This document shows, piece after piece, positions 17,782-27,523 of a stretch of DNA of 64,000 nucleotides. The translations under genes were made by a program, and so were the position numbers. The DNA is from Pseudomonadota bacterium (GTDB lineage Bacteria; Pseudomonadota; Alphaproteobacteria; RF32; CAG-239): positions 5,410 through 69,409 of the forward strand of contig JAUNIW010000002.1 in assembly GCA_030523245.1 (NCBI GenBank). Direction: 5' to 3'. Below the pieces are notes generated by a model. That model was not told where the DNA came from. It made no database searches and saw only the letters and a list, made by a program, of their open reading frames with translations. How positions within the stretch are numbered: the first letter of the stretch is position 1; the number at the start of each line of letters is the position of its first letter.

Positions 17782-17942
17782 CACGAAATCCCTGCCAGTA
17801 ATAACATAAAAGCCTGAGCCACATTTTCGGCGTATTCGGGACGCCATAATGAAACGGCGGCCACTACCAGCAGCGCCACAATCAATAAAGCTGTTTTCCG
17901 CCGGTGCAGCCGACAACCTCTTTTTTCTTTTGATTTTTTCAT
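17781..17942 (-). CDS. Small membrane protein (53 aa), translationally coupled to the FtsB-like gene
   Basis: MKKSKEKRGCRLHRRKTALLIVALLVVAAVSLWRPEYAENVAQAFMLLLAGIS. A GAGGAG RBS lies 5 nt upstream of the ATG at 17942, and its stop overlaps the next ATG (GTGATGAG). Confidence 0.35.
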   Translation of the reverse strand: MKKSKEKRGCRLHRRKTALLIVALLVVAAVSLWRPEYAENVAQAFMLLLAGIS

Positions 17943-17954
17943 AACTCCTCCGTA

Positions 17955-17990
17955 AAAAATACAAAAAAAGAGCGAAAATCTTCGCTCCCG
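17955..17990 (-). terminator. Putative terminator downstream of fmt
   Basis: GAGCGAA-AATC-TTCGCTC hairpin (17970-17987) followed on the minus strand by CTTTTTTTGT. Confidence 0.4.
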
Positions 17991-18118
17991 TTTTTAATCC
18001 CTGATGCAAAATATTCTTTATGAATACACTTTTGCATCATGACTTTTTATAGCATTTTTTAGTCACCCTGTCAAGAAGTCATAAAAATTATTCAATCAAA
18101 TCAAACAGATACGAAACA

Positions 18119-19030
18119 TTATCCGACTTTTGAATTTTCAACAAAGTGAAAACCGCGCAATAATTCGCCGATAGCCATCAACTTTTTGCCCTGCCGTTGA
18201 ATAAGCCTTATATCCAATGCCCCGTCCGCGCAGGCTATAAGCAATTCTTTACCGGCTTTAAGAATCGAACCGGCCGGACCGTAAGCCTCAACCTTATGCG
18301 CCTCCAACACCTTAAAACGCTCGCCGTTATATTCAAAAAACATTGCCGGATACGGATTAAAAGCACGAATCTTACGGCATAAAACTTCAGTTTTCTGATT
18401 AAAATCAAGTTTGCATTCAGCTTTATCAACCTTGGCCGCATAACAAGCCCCTTCCTGCGGTTGCGGTTGCGGCACAAAAGTTTTTATATCAGACAGAACC
18501 CGAGATATTAAATCAGCTCCCAGCAAAGCAAGCTTATCGTGTAATTCTCCGCCGGTTGTTGAGGCTGTCACTTCAACCTCCCCTTTCAGCAACATAGCGC
18601 CGGTATCCAGCCCTTCTGCTACCTGCATTATGGTCACACCGCTTTTTTTGTCACCGGCTTCAACAGCACGCTGAATCGGAGCGGCTCCCCGCCACCGCGG
18701 CAGCAAAGAAGCATGCAAATTCAAACAGCCGAACGGATAAGCCTCCAACACAGGCAGCGGCAAAATAAGCCCATAGGCCGCCACCACCGCTACATCCGCT
18801 TTTAGTCCGGCAAATTCTTTTTGTGCTTCGGCGTTACGCAATGTTTTGGGTGTACGAACTTCTATGCCGTTCGCTTCAGCCACAAGATGTACCGGTGTCT
18901 TGTTCAGTTTATTACCACGACCGCAAATTTTTGGTTCACGGGTATAAACACACACAACATCATGTTCTTTTATCAGCCGTTCCAGAGCCGGCACTGCAAA
19001 GTCCGGCGTTCCCATAAAGACAATTTTCAT
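18119..19030 (-). CDS. fmt: Methionyl-tRNA formyltransferase (303 aa)
   Basis: MKIVFMGTPDFAVPALERL...NLHASLLPRWRGAAPIQRA carries the formyl-transferase SLLP/HxSLLPxxRG motif. Confidence 0.9.
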   Translation of the reverse strand: MKIVFMGTPDFAVPALERLIKEHDVVCVYTREPKICGRGNKLNKTPVHLVAEANGIEVRTPKTLRNAEAQKEFAGLKADVAVVAAYGLILPLPVLEAYPFGCLNLHASLLPRWRGAAPIQRAVEAGDKKSGVTIMQVAEGLDTGAMLLKGEVEVTASTTGGELHDKLALLGADLISRVLSDIKTFVPQPQPQEGACYAAKVDKAECKLDFNQKTEVLCRKIRAFNPYPAMFFEYNGERFKVLEAHKVEAYGPAGSILKAGKELLIACADGALDIRLIQRQGKKLMAIGELLRGFHFVENSKVG

Positions 19031-20901
19031 CAGTCGTTTATTCCCATACGACCATAGTTGACTTCTACTTTATAATCTTTTGCATAATCGTGCAGCAGGG
19101 CATCTGCCATTTCCTGAGCCATTTCTGCCTGCAAAGCCATGTTCAAAAAGTCTTTGTCTTCTTTGGTCAGAGCCGATGAATCATCGTAAACTTTATTGGT
19201 TTCAACAAAAAGATAATCATCGCCGTGCTGAATTGTTTCCGTTTCTTCCTGAGCTGAAGAAAACAGTATTTTCATATCATTGAAATTCAAGTCGGCAAAT
19301 GTTTCACCGCGTGTAATCGGCATTGTTTTTAATAATGGCAGATGATAACGTGCAGCAACATCTTTCAGGGAATCGCCGGCTTCCAAATCATGGCTGATAT
19401 TATCGGCCAGCTCCTGCGTTACCGAAACCTTTTCACTATCCAGCCACAGTTTTGTGATTTTATCGACCACTTCGTTTTCCGGCTGAATATGCGATTCATG
19501 AATTTTTTCGACTTCTACGATAATCAGACCGTCATCACCTTCTATTGTCTGGCTGACTTCGCCGGCATTATAAGAGAATACCGCATCAATAACTTCTCTG
19601 TTTTTCAACAGTTCGGCTGTTTGAGAATCGGCATTATCCGCATCACCTTCTTCATCCACGTTTTTAACATTTATCAGAGAAACACCGAAATCATCGGCAA
19701 TATTCTGCAAAGACTGTCCGCCGCCGATTTCATCTTCCAGTCTGGCCATCAGTTCATAACTGCCGTCATAAGCCTGTTCTTCCTGAATGATTTTTCTGAT
19801 TTGATCCTCAGCCTGCTGACGCGGCATTATATTTGCCGGAATAACTTCGGTTACTTTCAGAATCTGCCAACCGCCGTTAATTTTTTCCGGTTTTGAAATC
19901 TGGCCTTTTTGCAAAGAGAAAACCACGTCCGCCAGTTCATCCGACAAATCCGATTTGGCAACGGCACCAAAATCCGTATCTTCGTCACTTTGACCGTTTT
20001 CACGGGCAACCGTCAGAAAATCGGCTGAAGCCAGTTTTTCCGCAGCGGCTTTTGCACTTGCCTCATCTTCAAATGCCAACTGCAAAACATGGCGTTTTTC
20101 CGGCTGTTCATAATCTTCAATATGCTCTTTATAATAAGCATTGACCTCATCATCCGAAACTTTTATGCTTTTTTCAATTGTTTCCAGCGGCAACGACAGA
20201 ATTTTAACATCCCGCTTTTCAGGAACACGAAATTCTTCATTGAAATCCTCATAATACTGGTCCAATTCTTCTTTACTCGGTTTACGGTCAATCTTGGCAT
20301 CGTTGCTGACCAGTTTTATATATTTAAAAGTACGGCGCTGTCCCAGTACTTTTTGCATCTGCTGCTGCAAAACCTGCGGCACGTTAAAACCTTCGACTTG
20401 AGATTCCAGCAAAATTCTGCGGCCGATGTTACGTTTAATTTCGGCAACCAAGTCCTGTTCGCTCAGATTATTACGATTCAGATACCATTTGTACATTTCA
20501 CGGTCAAATTTACCGTTGTTCATAAACTGTGGTGATATCTGAATAATCTGACTGACAAGATTATCCGTCACGTCCACATTATATTTTTTCATCGTATTGG
20601 TCAAAAGCAATTCGTCCAGTTTCAGTTTGGCCAGTGCTGCTGTTATTTCCGCCTTACGGTTTTCAACCTCTTCCGGCGTCAGAGAATCGGAATCCTTCAA
20701 TTTGGATAATTCCTTTTGCAGTAAATAATTAAATTCGCTCTGACTGATTTCCAAATCATCAACTTTAATAACCGGTTTGTTGCTGTTAGCCGTATTGATA
20801 TATCCCGACACACCAAATAAAGACATAAAACTCAGCGCGGTTATGGTTAAAATAACTTTCGTAAACACGCTGTTGTGCATTTTTGAAAACGTACTAATCA
20901 T
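19030..20901 (-). CDS. ppiD: Periplasmic chaperone PpiD (peptidyl-prolyl isomerase D-like), 623 aa
   Basis: An N-terminal TM anchor, a SurA-N-like chaperone region, and a parvulin-like segment (GGWQILKVTEV...). Confidence 0.75.
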   Translation of the reverse strand: MISTFSKMHNSVFTKVILTITALSFMSLFGVSGYINTANSNKPVIKVDDLEISQSEFNYLLQKELSKLKDSDSLTPEEVENRKAEITAALAKLKLDELLLTNTMKKYNVDVTDNLVSQIIQISPQFMNNGKFDREMYKWYLNRNNLSEQDLVAEIKRNIGRRILLESQVEGFNVPQVLQQQMQKVLGQRRTFKYIKLVSNDAKIDRKPSKEELDQYYEDFNEEFRVPEKRDVKILSLPLETIEKSIKVSDDEVNAYYKEHIEDYEQPEKRHVLQLAFEDEASAKAAAEKLASADFLTVARENGQSDEDTDFGAVAKSDLSDELADVVFSLQKGQISKPEKINGGWQILKVTEVIPANIMPRQQAEDQIRKIIQEEQAYDGSYELMARLEDEIGGGQSLQNIADDFGVSLINVKNVDEEGDADNADSQTAELLKNREVIDAVFSYNAGEVSQTIEGDDGLIIVEVEKIHESHIQPENEVVDKITKLWLDSEKVSVTQELADNISHDLEAGDSLKDVAARYHLPLLKTMPITRGETFADLNFNDMKILFSSAQEETETIQHGDDYLFVETNKVYDDSSALTKEDKDFLNMALQAEMAQEMADALLHDYAKDYKVEVNYGRMGIND

Positions 20902-21085
20902 TTTTTTCCCTAATAAATTAAGTTATTTTTTTGCCATTATATGGAAATAAAATATTTATTCAATTTTAAAATTAAATTATGCAACATAATAAAATAGTGG
21001 CTAAAACACTTTTTTTGCTGGAAAAAAATTTTTTACTATGTTACAAAATGTCCAGTTTTAAATGAATTTTATAAAGGATATGAAA

Positions 21086-21847
21086 ATGGCCAGAAAAAAA
21101 CTGATTGCCGGCAATTGGAAAATGAACTGCCTTTTGGAAGAAGGAACTCAGCTTGCCAAAGGAATTGCCGCTCAAGTTAAACAAAATAAATTTGATTGTG
21201 ACTTTTTGATTTGTCCGCCTTTTACCCTGCTCGGCTTTGTAAAAAAATGTCTGCGCGGCACTAAAATTGCCTTGGGCGCACAAGATGTACATTTTGCCGA
21301 AAAAGGTGCTCATACCGGTGATATCAGTCCGCTGATGCTGACGGATTTGGGCTGTTCTTATGCCATTATCGGCCACTCGGAAAGACGCGTTGACCATTTT
21401 GAATCCAATGAACTGATACAAAAGAAAGCTGTTGCCGCACATAAAGCCGGCCTGAATACGGTTATCTGTATCGGTGAAACAGGTGCCGAACGTGACGAAG
21501 GCAAAACAATTAAAGTTTGTCAGGATGAAATTTTTGGTTCGGTTCCGGATGATGCAACGGCTAAAAATACCGTTATTGCTTATGAACCGATTTGGGCTAT
21601 CGGCACGGGAAAAACTCCAACAGCTGCCGATGTGGAAGAAGTTCATGCGGCTATCCGTAAAGCGCTTGCCAAAAAATTAGGAAAAGCAACGGCAAATAAA
21701 ATGCGCATCCTTTACGGCGGTTCCGTTAAACCGTCAAATGCAGCCGAACTCTTGGCATTGCCTGATGTTGACGGTGCTCTTATCGGCGGCGCCAGCCTGA
21801 AAGTCGAAGATTTTATCGGCATTGCTAAAAATGCCTGCTCTAAATAG
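21086..21847 (+). CDS. tpiA: Triosephosphate isomerase (253 aa)
   Basis: IAGNWKMN, AIIGHSERR and AYEPIWAIGTGKT are canonical TIM motifs, and an AAGGA RBS precedes the ATG at 21086. Confidence 0.92.
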   Translation: MARKKLIAGNWKMNCLLEEGTQLAKGIAAQVKQNKFDCDFLICPPFTLLGFVKKCLRGTKIALGAQDVHFAEKGAHTGDISPLMLTDLGCSYAIIGHSERRVDHFESNELIQKKAVAAHKAGLNTVICIGETGAERDEGKTIKVCQDEIFGSVPDDATAKNTVIAYEPIWAIGTGKTPTAADVEEVHAAIRKALAKKLGKATANKMRILYGGSVKPSNAAELLALPDVDGALIGGASLKVEDFIGIAKNACSK

Positions 21848-21864
21848 TATGGAAGGATAAATAA

Positions 21865-22215
21865 ATGGGTACCGTATTGTTAGTTTTACAATTGATTGTT
21901 GCCATTTTTCTGGTTGTTGTTATTTTAATGCAGCGCTCCAACGGCGGTGCTTTGAGCGGCCTTGGCGGTGATAACGGTGTGGGCAGTATCTTAAGCGCCC
22001 GCGGCAAAGGAAACATCTTAACAAGAATTACAGCTGTTCTGGCAACTCTGTTTTTTGTCCTGAGTATGGCTCTGTCTATTTATTACAGCCGTATGGAAGT
22101 TAAATCTTCTTCTATTTTGGATAAGACTTCCGCAGCCCAGACCGAACAGATTCCGGCAGATGATACACCGGCAGAAGAAACTCCTGCCGAACCGGAAGTT
22201 CCCGTAGCTGAGTAA
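21865..22215 (+). CDS. secG: Preprotein translocase subunit SecG (116 aa)
   Basis: LLVLQLIVAIFLVVVILMQRSNGGALSG..GG matches the SecG signature, and the tpiA-secG-pyrG synteny is conserved. Confidence 0.85.
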   Translation: MGTVLLVLQLIVAIFLVVVILMQRSNGGALSGLGGDNGVGSILSARGKGNILTRITAVLATLFFVLSMALSIYYSRMEVKSSSILDKTSAAQTEQIPADDTPAEETPAEPEVPVAE

Positions 22216-22241
22216 CGTTTAATGAAATATCCAATTAACAT

Positions 22242-22280
22242 AAAGACACTTTTTTGCTAAAGTGTCTTTATCCCTTTTTA
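22242..22280 (+). terminator. Rho-independent terminator after secG
   Basis: AAAGACACTT-TTTTGCTA-AAGTGTCTTT, a 10-bp stem followed by T-rich sequence. Confidence 0.65.
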
Positions 22281-22322
22281 TAAGAAAAATTTTTATTGAT
22301 AACCCTTTGTAAGGAATGAATA

Positions 22323-23975
22323 ATGTCTGAAATAAAAGTTAATCCGAAATCAAAATTTATCTTTATTACCGGCGGTGTCGTATCTTCTCTCGGCAAAGGT
22401 CTGGCCTCGGCTTCTCTGGCCGCTATTTTGCAGGCCAGAGGCTATAAAGTCAGAATGCGCAAACTTGACCCGTATCTGAACGTTGACCCCGGTACAATGA
22501 ATCCTTGCCAGCATGGCGAAGTTTTTGTGACTGATGACGGTACAGAAGCTGATTTGGATTTGGGACATTATGAACGTTTTTCCGGCGTACCGGCCAAACG
22601 TACCGACAGTATTACCACCGGCAAAATTTACCAGCGCGTTATAGAAAAAGAACGGCACGGTTTTTATCTCGGTTCAACCATTCAGGTTATTCCGCATGTT
22701 ACCAATGAAATTAAAGAATTTATTTTATCCGACATTACAGACGAAGATTTTGTTTTATGCGAGATTGGCGGTACGGTCGGCGACATTGAAGGACAACCAT
22801 ATCTGGAAACAATCCGTCAGGTCGCCTATGAACTGGGGCGGGAACGCACCATGTTTATCCATGTAACGCTGCTGCCGTTTATCCCGACGGCCGGCGAGTT
22901 AAAAACAAAACCGACGCAACACTCGGTTAAAAAACTTCAGGAATACGGTATCCAGCCGGATATGATTCTCTGCCGCACCCAGATGGCTATTCCGGAAAAT
23001 GAAAAACGTAAGCTGGCTTTATTCTGCAATATTAAAGAAGAAAACGTTATTACGGCGCTTGATGCTTCCAGTATTTATCAGGTTCCGCTGGCTTATTCGG
23101 CTCAGGGTATGGACAGACAGGTCTGTAAACATTTCGGCCTGCCGTATGAACAACCGGCCGATTTGAGCAGATGGCAGCATATTGTTGACATTCTCAAAGC
23201 GCCGGAAGGCGAAGTCCGTATTGCCGTCGTCGGCAAATATATGATGCTGCTTGAAGCTTATAAATCTTTGCATGAAGCTTTAATTCACGGCGGTATCGCC
23301 AATAAATACAAAGTAAAAATCAAGTGGGTTGATTCCGAAGAACTGGAAAATAAAAATCCGTCCGAAATCTTAAATGATGTCAGTGCCATACTGGTTCCGG
23401 GCGGTTTTGGTCTGCGCGGCACACAGGGCATGATAAACGCCATTCAGTATGCACGTGAAAATAATCTGCCGTTTTTGGGTATCTGCTTTGGTATGCAAAT
23501 GGCCGTTATTGAAACGATGCGTAATCTTTGCGGCATTAAAAACGCCAACACGACCGAACTGGATGAACATTGCGAACCGGTTATCGGCCTGATGACCGAA
23601 TGGGATAAAGACGGTGCCAAGCAAATCCGCCACAAAGACGGTGATTTGGGCGGAACAATGCGTCTGGGCGCCTATGAGTGTGTTCTGGCTCCGCAGTCCA
23701 AAGCAGCACAGATTTACGGTACCGCGAAAATATCCGAACGTCACCGCCACCGTTATGAAATGAATATCAAATATAAAGATATGCTGCAAAAAGCAGGCAT
23801 GGCCGTTGTCGGCACTTCTCCAGACGGCAATCTGCCGGAAATTGTGGAAAGAACGGATCATCCGTGGTTTATCGGTGTGCAATTCCATCCGGAATTAAAA
23901 TCACGCCCGTTTGCCCCTCACCCGTTGTTTGTGTCGTTTGTCAGGGCTGCTATCAATAATTCGCGTCTGGTGTAG
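22323..23975 (+). CDS. pyrG: CTP synthase (550 aa)
   Basis: [22 protein letters not shown], the GATase domain with GICFGMQ and FHPE. Confidence 0.93.
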   Translation: MSEIKVNPKSKFIFITGGVVSSLGKGLASASLAAILQARGYKVRMRKLDPYLNVDPGTMNPCQHGEVFVTDDGTEADLDLGHYERFSGVPAKRTDSITTGKIYQRVIEKERHGFYLGSTIQVIPHVTNEIKEFILSDITDEDFVLCEIGGTVGDIEGQPYLETIRQVAYELGRERTMFIHVTLLPFIPTAGELKTKPTQHSVKKLQEYGIQPDMILCRTQMAIPENEKRKLALFCNIKEENVITALDASSIYQVPLAYSAQGMDRQVCKHFGLPYEQPADLSRWQHIVDILKAPEGEVRIAVVGKYMMLLEAYKSLHEALIHGGIANKYKVKIKWVDSEELENKNPSEILNDVSAILVPGGFGLRGTQGMINAIQYARENNLPFLGICFGMQMAVIETMRNLCGIKNANTTELDEHCEPVIGLMTEWDKDGAKQIRHKDGDLGGTMRLGAYECVLAPQSKAAQIYGTAKISERHRHRYEMNIKYKDMLQKAGMAVVGTSPDGNLPEIVERTDHPWFIGVQFHPELKSRPFAPHPLFVSFVRAAINNSRLV

Positions 23976-23984
23976 GAGTATAAT

Positions 23985-25283
23985 ATGAAAATAGCAATTA
24001 TCGGAACCGGCTATGTCGGCCTTCCTTCGGGTGTCGGCTTTGCGGAACAGGGAAATCAGGTTACCTGCATTGATAAAAATGTCGAAAAAATTACTAAACT
24101 GCAAAACGGTCAGCTTACACTTTTTGAAAACGGGTTGGAAGAACTCTATAAAAGCAATATGGCTGCCGGACGTCTTAAATTTACAACCTCCATGCAAGAA
24201 GGCGTAACTGATGCGGATATCGTGATTCTGGCTGTCGGTACCCCGCCGCATCCTGTTACAAAAGAAGCCGATTTACAATATATTGAAGCTGCTACGCGGG
24301 AGTTAGCCCTTTATTTGAACGGTTACACCGTTGTGGCGACAAAATCAACCGTACCGGTCGGAACCGGAGATAAAATAGAAGATATTATCCGCTCGGTAAA
24401 TCCGGCTGCTGATGCAGACGTCATTTCTCTACCCGAATTTTTGCGCGAGGGCTTTGCCATTCACGATTTCTTTGCGCCGGACCGGATTATTGCCGGTACC
24501 GATTCCCTGCGGGCCAAACAGCTGATTTCCAAGCTTTACGAACCATTTAAAGAAGCCAAGCTGCTGTTTATCAGCCGTCGTTCGAGCGAAACCGTAAAAT
24601 ACGCGTCTAACGCCTTTTTAGCGGTTAAAATCAATTACATCAACGAAATGGCAAATTTCTGTGAAAAGGCCGGTGCAAATATTGATGAAGTCGCAACCGG
24701 TATGGGGTTGGACAGCCGTATCGGTGCCAAGTTTCTCAAAGCCGGTCCGGGGTATGGCGGCAGCTGCTTTCCGAAAGATACCAACGCCATGGCCTTTATG
24801 GCGCGGCAGATTGGTATCAATATGCCGTTGATTGAAACAACTATTACCGAAAATGAAAACCGTTATAAACTTATGGCTCAGCGTATCCTGAAAGCTGCCG
24901 GTAAAAAAGAAGCCGTTATCGGCGTTTTGGGACTGGCGTTCAAAGACGGTACCGATGACTGCCGGACCAGTCCTGCCATCCATATTATTGAAGCCTTGCT
25001 GCAATATCCGGTACGCATTACGGCTTATGACCCTAAAGCCATGCCTTCGGCTCAAAAACTGCTCGGCGACAAAATTTCTTATGCCGCCGACGCCTATGCT
25101 GCCGTTAAAGAAGCCGATGTTATCGCCGTTTTAACCGAATGGAAAGATTTCCGCCTTTTGGATATGAACAGATTAGCAGCTCTGACAAAACAAAAAGTCA
25201 TTATGGACTGCCGCAATCTTTTGGAACCGACGACGGTCCGGCAGGCCGGATTTACCTATTATTGCGTCGGACAAAAAGACTGA
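23985..25283 (+). CDS. ugd: UDP-glucose 6-dehydrogenase (432 aa)
   Basis: MKIAIIGTGYVGL is a Rossmann fold, with GGSCFPKD at the catalytic Cys and the UDPG_MGDP_dh C-terminal domain. Confidence 0.88.
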   Translation: MKIAIIGTGYVGLPSGVGFAEQGNQVTCIDKNVEKITKLQNGQLTLFENGLEELYKSNMAAGRLKFTTSMQEGVTDADIVILAVGTPPHPVTKEADLQYIEAATRELALYLNGYTVVATKSTVPVGTGDKIEDIIRSVNPAADADVISLPEFLREGFAIHDFFAPDRIIAGTDSLRAKQLISKLYEPFKEAKLLFISRRSSETVKYASNAFLAVKINYINEMANFCEKAGANIDEVATGMGLDSRIGAKFLKAGPGYGGSCFPKDTNAMAFMARQIGINMPLIETTITENENRYKLMAQRILKAAGKKEAVIGVLGLAFKDGTDDCRTSPAIHIIEALLQYPVRITAYDPKAMPSAQKLLGDKISYAADAYAAVKEADVIAVLTEWKDFRLLDMNRLAALTKQKVIMDCRNLLEPTTVRQAGFTYYCVGQKD

Positions 25284-25290
25284 TTTTTCT

Positions 25291-25316
25291 AAAGGCAGAG
25301 ATTAAATCTCTGCCTT
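25291..25316. terminator. Bidirectional terminator shared by ugd and the pilin-like gene
   Basis: GGCAGAGA-TTAAA-TCTCTGCC perfect stem, then TTTTAT on +; the A-run serves the minus strand. Confidence 0.65.
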
Positions 25317-25937
25317 TTATCTGAAAAACAATCCCATACAGACCGTTCGATTTGTATCGTATATTTTGCCTTCGTTGCAATATTTTTTTGCAATATCAAA
25401 ACTCATCATATTTTCACCATGCTCCGCACAAATAAAATAAGATTTTGAATCTTTGACCGCGCCGGAACAACTCGTTCCGCTTTGTTTTACGCCGGCAGCA
25501 CCATTTAAAAAATTATGCGCCAGACCTATCGACACCCCGTATAAACCATTCGCATTATTTCCCCAGTTTTTAGTGGTTAAATCAACACATTGTCTTTCGG
25601 TCAAACCACATATACGTAAACCAAATATCGAGCCGTCCTCTGATGCAGCTAACAACACCGAGGTATTTTTGCCCAATGGTAATTGATAATTATTTTCAGG
25701 ATATATTCCGGCCTGCAGCGCGTTGCCACTGGTTAATCCGGTGTACGTTCTCTGTTGTATATAAAGAGTTTGTACATTCGTTACGATTTGGGTTAAATAG
25801 TCTATGGTTTTTATTATTTTAAACCTTTCCATTGCCTTGGAATAACCGGCAATTCCGCCAACAGAAAGCACGCCGATAATTGCCAGTACGCCAAGCATTT
25901 CTATCATACTGCGACCATTTTGATTATTTGTCATCAC
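25317..25937 (-). CDS. Prepilin-type N-terminal cleavage/methylation domain protein (type IV pilin or pseudopilin-like), 206 aa
   Basis: The class III signal MMTNNQNG|RSMIEMLGVLAIIGVLSV has Glu at +5 and a hydrophobic helix, and several Cys lie in the C-terminal half. Confidence 0.7.
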   Translation of the reverse strand: MMTNNQNGRSMIEMLGVLAIIGVLSVGGIAGYSKAMERFKIIKTIDYLTQIVTNVQTLYIQQRTYTGLTSGNALQAGIYPENNYQLPLGKNTSVLLAASEDGSIFGLRICGLTERQCVDLTTKNWGNNANGLYGVSIGLAHNFLNGAAGVKQSGTSCSGAVKDSKSYFICAEHGENMMSFDIAKKYCNEGKIYDTNRTVCMGLFFR

Positions 25938-26192
25938 AACTTCCTTATCTAATTAAGCACAAAAAATGCCGCCGCAAAGGCAGCTGGAAGTTGGTAACTA
26001 ATTTTCACGAAATAGTGTAGCATATTCGCTATGAAACATAGCACATTTTGCTACCTTCCAGCTCTTGGCCAGAAGGTATGTCTATTTAACGTCTAAAACA
26101 TACAGACGCGTGAAAATGAGGCTACCACACCCCAGACAGACTATTGCCCGCCTGTCTGCAAATTTAACGAAAAAAATGATAAATGTAAAGAT

Positions 26193-26675
26193 TTATTTAT
26201 AAGAAACAGAAGTTCTGTAATGGCTGCGGGTAATAGCCATAGCCAACGCATCCGAGGAATCGTTATTTTTCGGCTTACACCCCGGAAGCAAAATTCTGAC
26301 CATTGTTTCAACCTGTTTTTTGTCAGCATGCCCCACACCGACCAGCGCCTTTTTGACTTTGGTCGGGTCAAATTCATACAGGGGCAGATGATAATGGCCG
26401 GCTGCTAAAATAACAACACCGCGAGCCATACTCAACTTTAAAGAAGTTTCCGGATTAGAATTTAAAAAAGTTTTTTCTATGGCGGCTTCGACAGGATGAT
26501 ATGTTTCAATTACCTCGCTCAGGGTATTAAAAATAATATCAAGCCGCTCTTCAACCGGCATTTTCGGACTGGTCGGAATAAAACCGTCTGCAACATATTG
26601 CAGACGGTTTGCATTTACTTCTATAATTCCCCACCCCGTGGAGGACAAGCTTGGATCAAGACCCAAAATACGCAT
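26193..26675 (-). CDS. ruvC: Holliday junction resolvase RuvC (160 aa)
   Basis: MRILGLDPSLSSTGWGIIE is the RuvC N-terminus with catalytic Asp. Confidence 0.9.
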   Translation of the reverse strand: MRILGLDPSLSSTGWGIIEVNANRLQYVADGFIPTSPKMPVEERLDIIFNTLSEVIETYHPVEAAIEKTFLNSNPETSLKLSMARGVVILAAGHYHLPLYEFDPTKVKKALVGVGHADKKQVETMVRILLPGCKPKNNDSSDALAMAITRSHYRTSVSYK

Positions 26676-27433
26676 TATTCCTCACCGGAAAGCTGAGCCA
26701 TCACATCTTCGGAAATTTCGGCATTGTGGTATACATGCTGAACATCTTCATCGTCTTCCAGAGCATCAATAAACTCTAAGAATTTACGGGCGCTTTCAAC
26801 ATCGTTAATGTCCACTTTTACAGTCGGTTTCCAATCCAGACGGGAAGCCGAAGGCGTACCGTATTTGCTTTCCAATGCACCTGTAACCGTTGCCAAATCA
26901 TCCGGCAAAGTTTCAATCTCATGGTAATTTTCATCAGAAACAACTTCATTGGCACCGGCCTCCAAAGCAGCTTCAAACATTTCATCAGCCGAAGCGACTG
27001 CAGCCGGATACTGAATATAGCCGATGCGCTCAAAATTGAACACCACCGAACCGCTTTCACCCATAACACCGCCGCGTTTACCGAAAATCGTGCGGACATT
27101 ACCGGCCGTCCGGTTTTTATTGTCGGTCAAAGCTTCGACAATAACAGCGACTTTTCCTGACGAAAAGCCTTCATAGCGCATTGTCACGAAATCTGCACCG
27201 CCGGCAACTGTTGTTGCTTTGGCAATAGCGCGTTCAATATTGTCTTTCGGCATACTTTCCGCGCGGGCAGCCTGTATGGCCAAGCGCAGACGAGGATTTT
27301 TATCCGGTTCCGGCAAACCGCTTTTTGCTGCAACCGTTATTTCACGCGCCAGCTTGGCAAAAACCCGTGCTTTTTTAGCATCTTGTGCGCCTTTTCTGTA
27401 CATAATATTTTTAAATTGGGAATGTCCTGACAT
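26675..27433 (-). CDS. yebC: YebC/PmpR family DNA-binding transcriptional regulator (about 252 aa)
   Basis: MSGHSQFKNIMYRKGAQDAKKARVFAKLAREI is the YebC family N-terminus, placed upstream of ruvC as usual. Confidence 0.88.
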   Translation of the reverse strand: MSGHSQFKNIMYRKGAQDAKKARVFAKLAREITVAAKSGLPEPDKNPRLRLAIQAARAESMPKDNIERAIAKATTVAGGADFVTMRYEGFSSGKVAVIVEALTDNKNRTAGNVRTIFGKRGGVMGESGSVVFNFERIGYIQYPAAVASADEMFEAALEAGANEVVSDENYHEIETLPDDLATVTGALESKYGTPSASRLDWKPTVKVDINDVESARKFLEFIDALEDDEDVQHVYHNAEISEDVMAQLSGEE

Positions 27434-27523
27434 TCTTAATCTCCTCAAAAACTTGATTCTTTATGGCATTTTTTATAACTTAACGGCATAAATTTTCAAG
27501 TTTTTTTTGTAAAAAAGCACAAA

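Noticed and set aside
21041-21646. 201-aa minus-strand ORF
   Set aside because: Antisense to tpiA, which has canonical TIM motifs; spurious.
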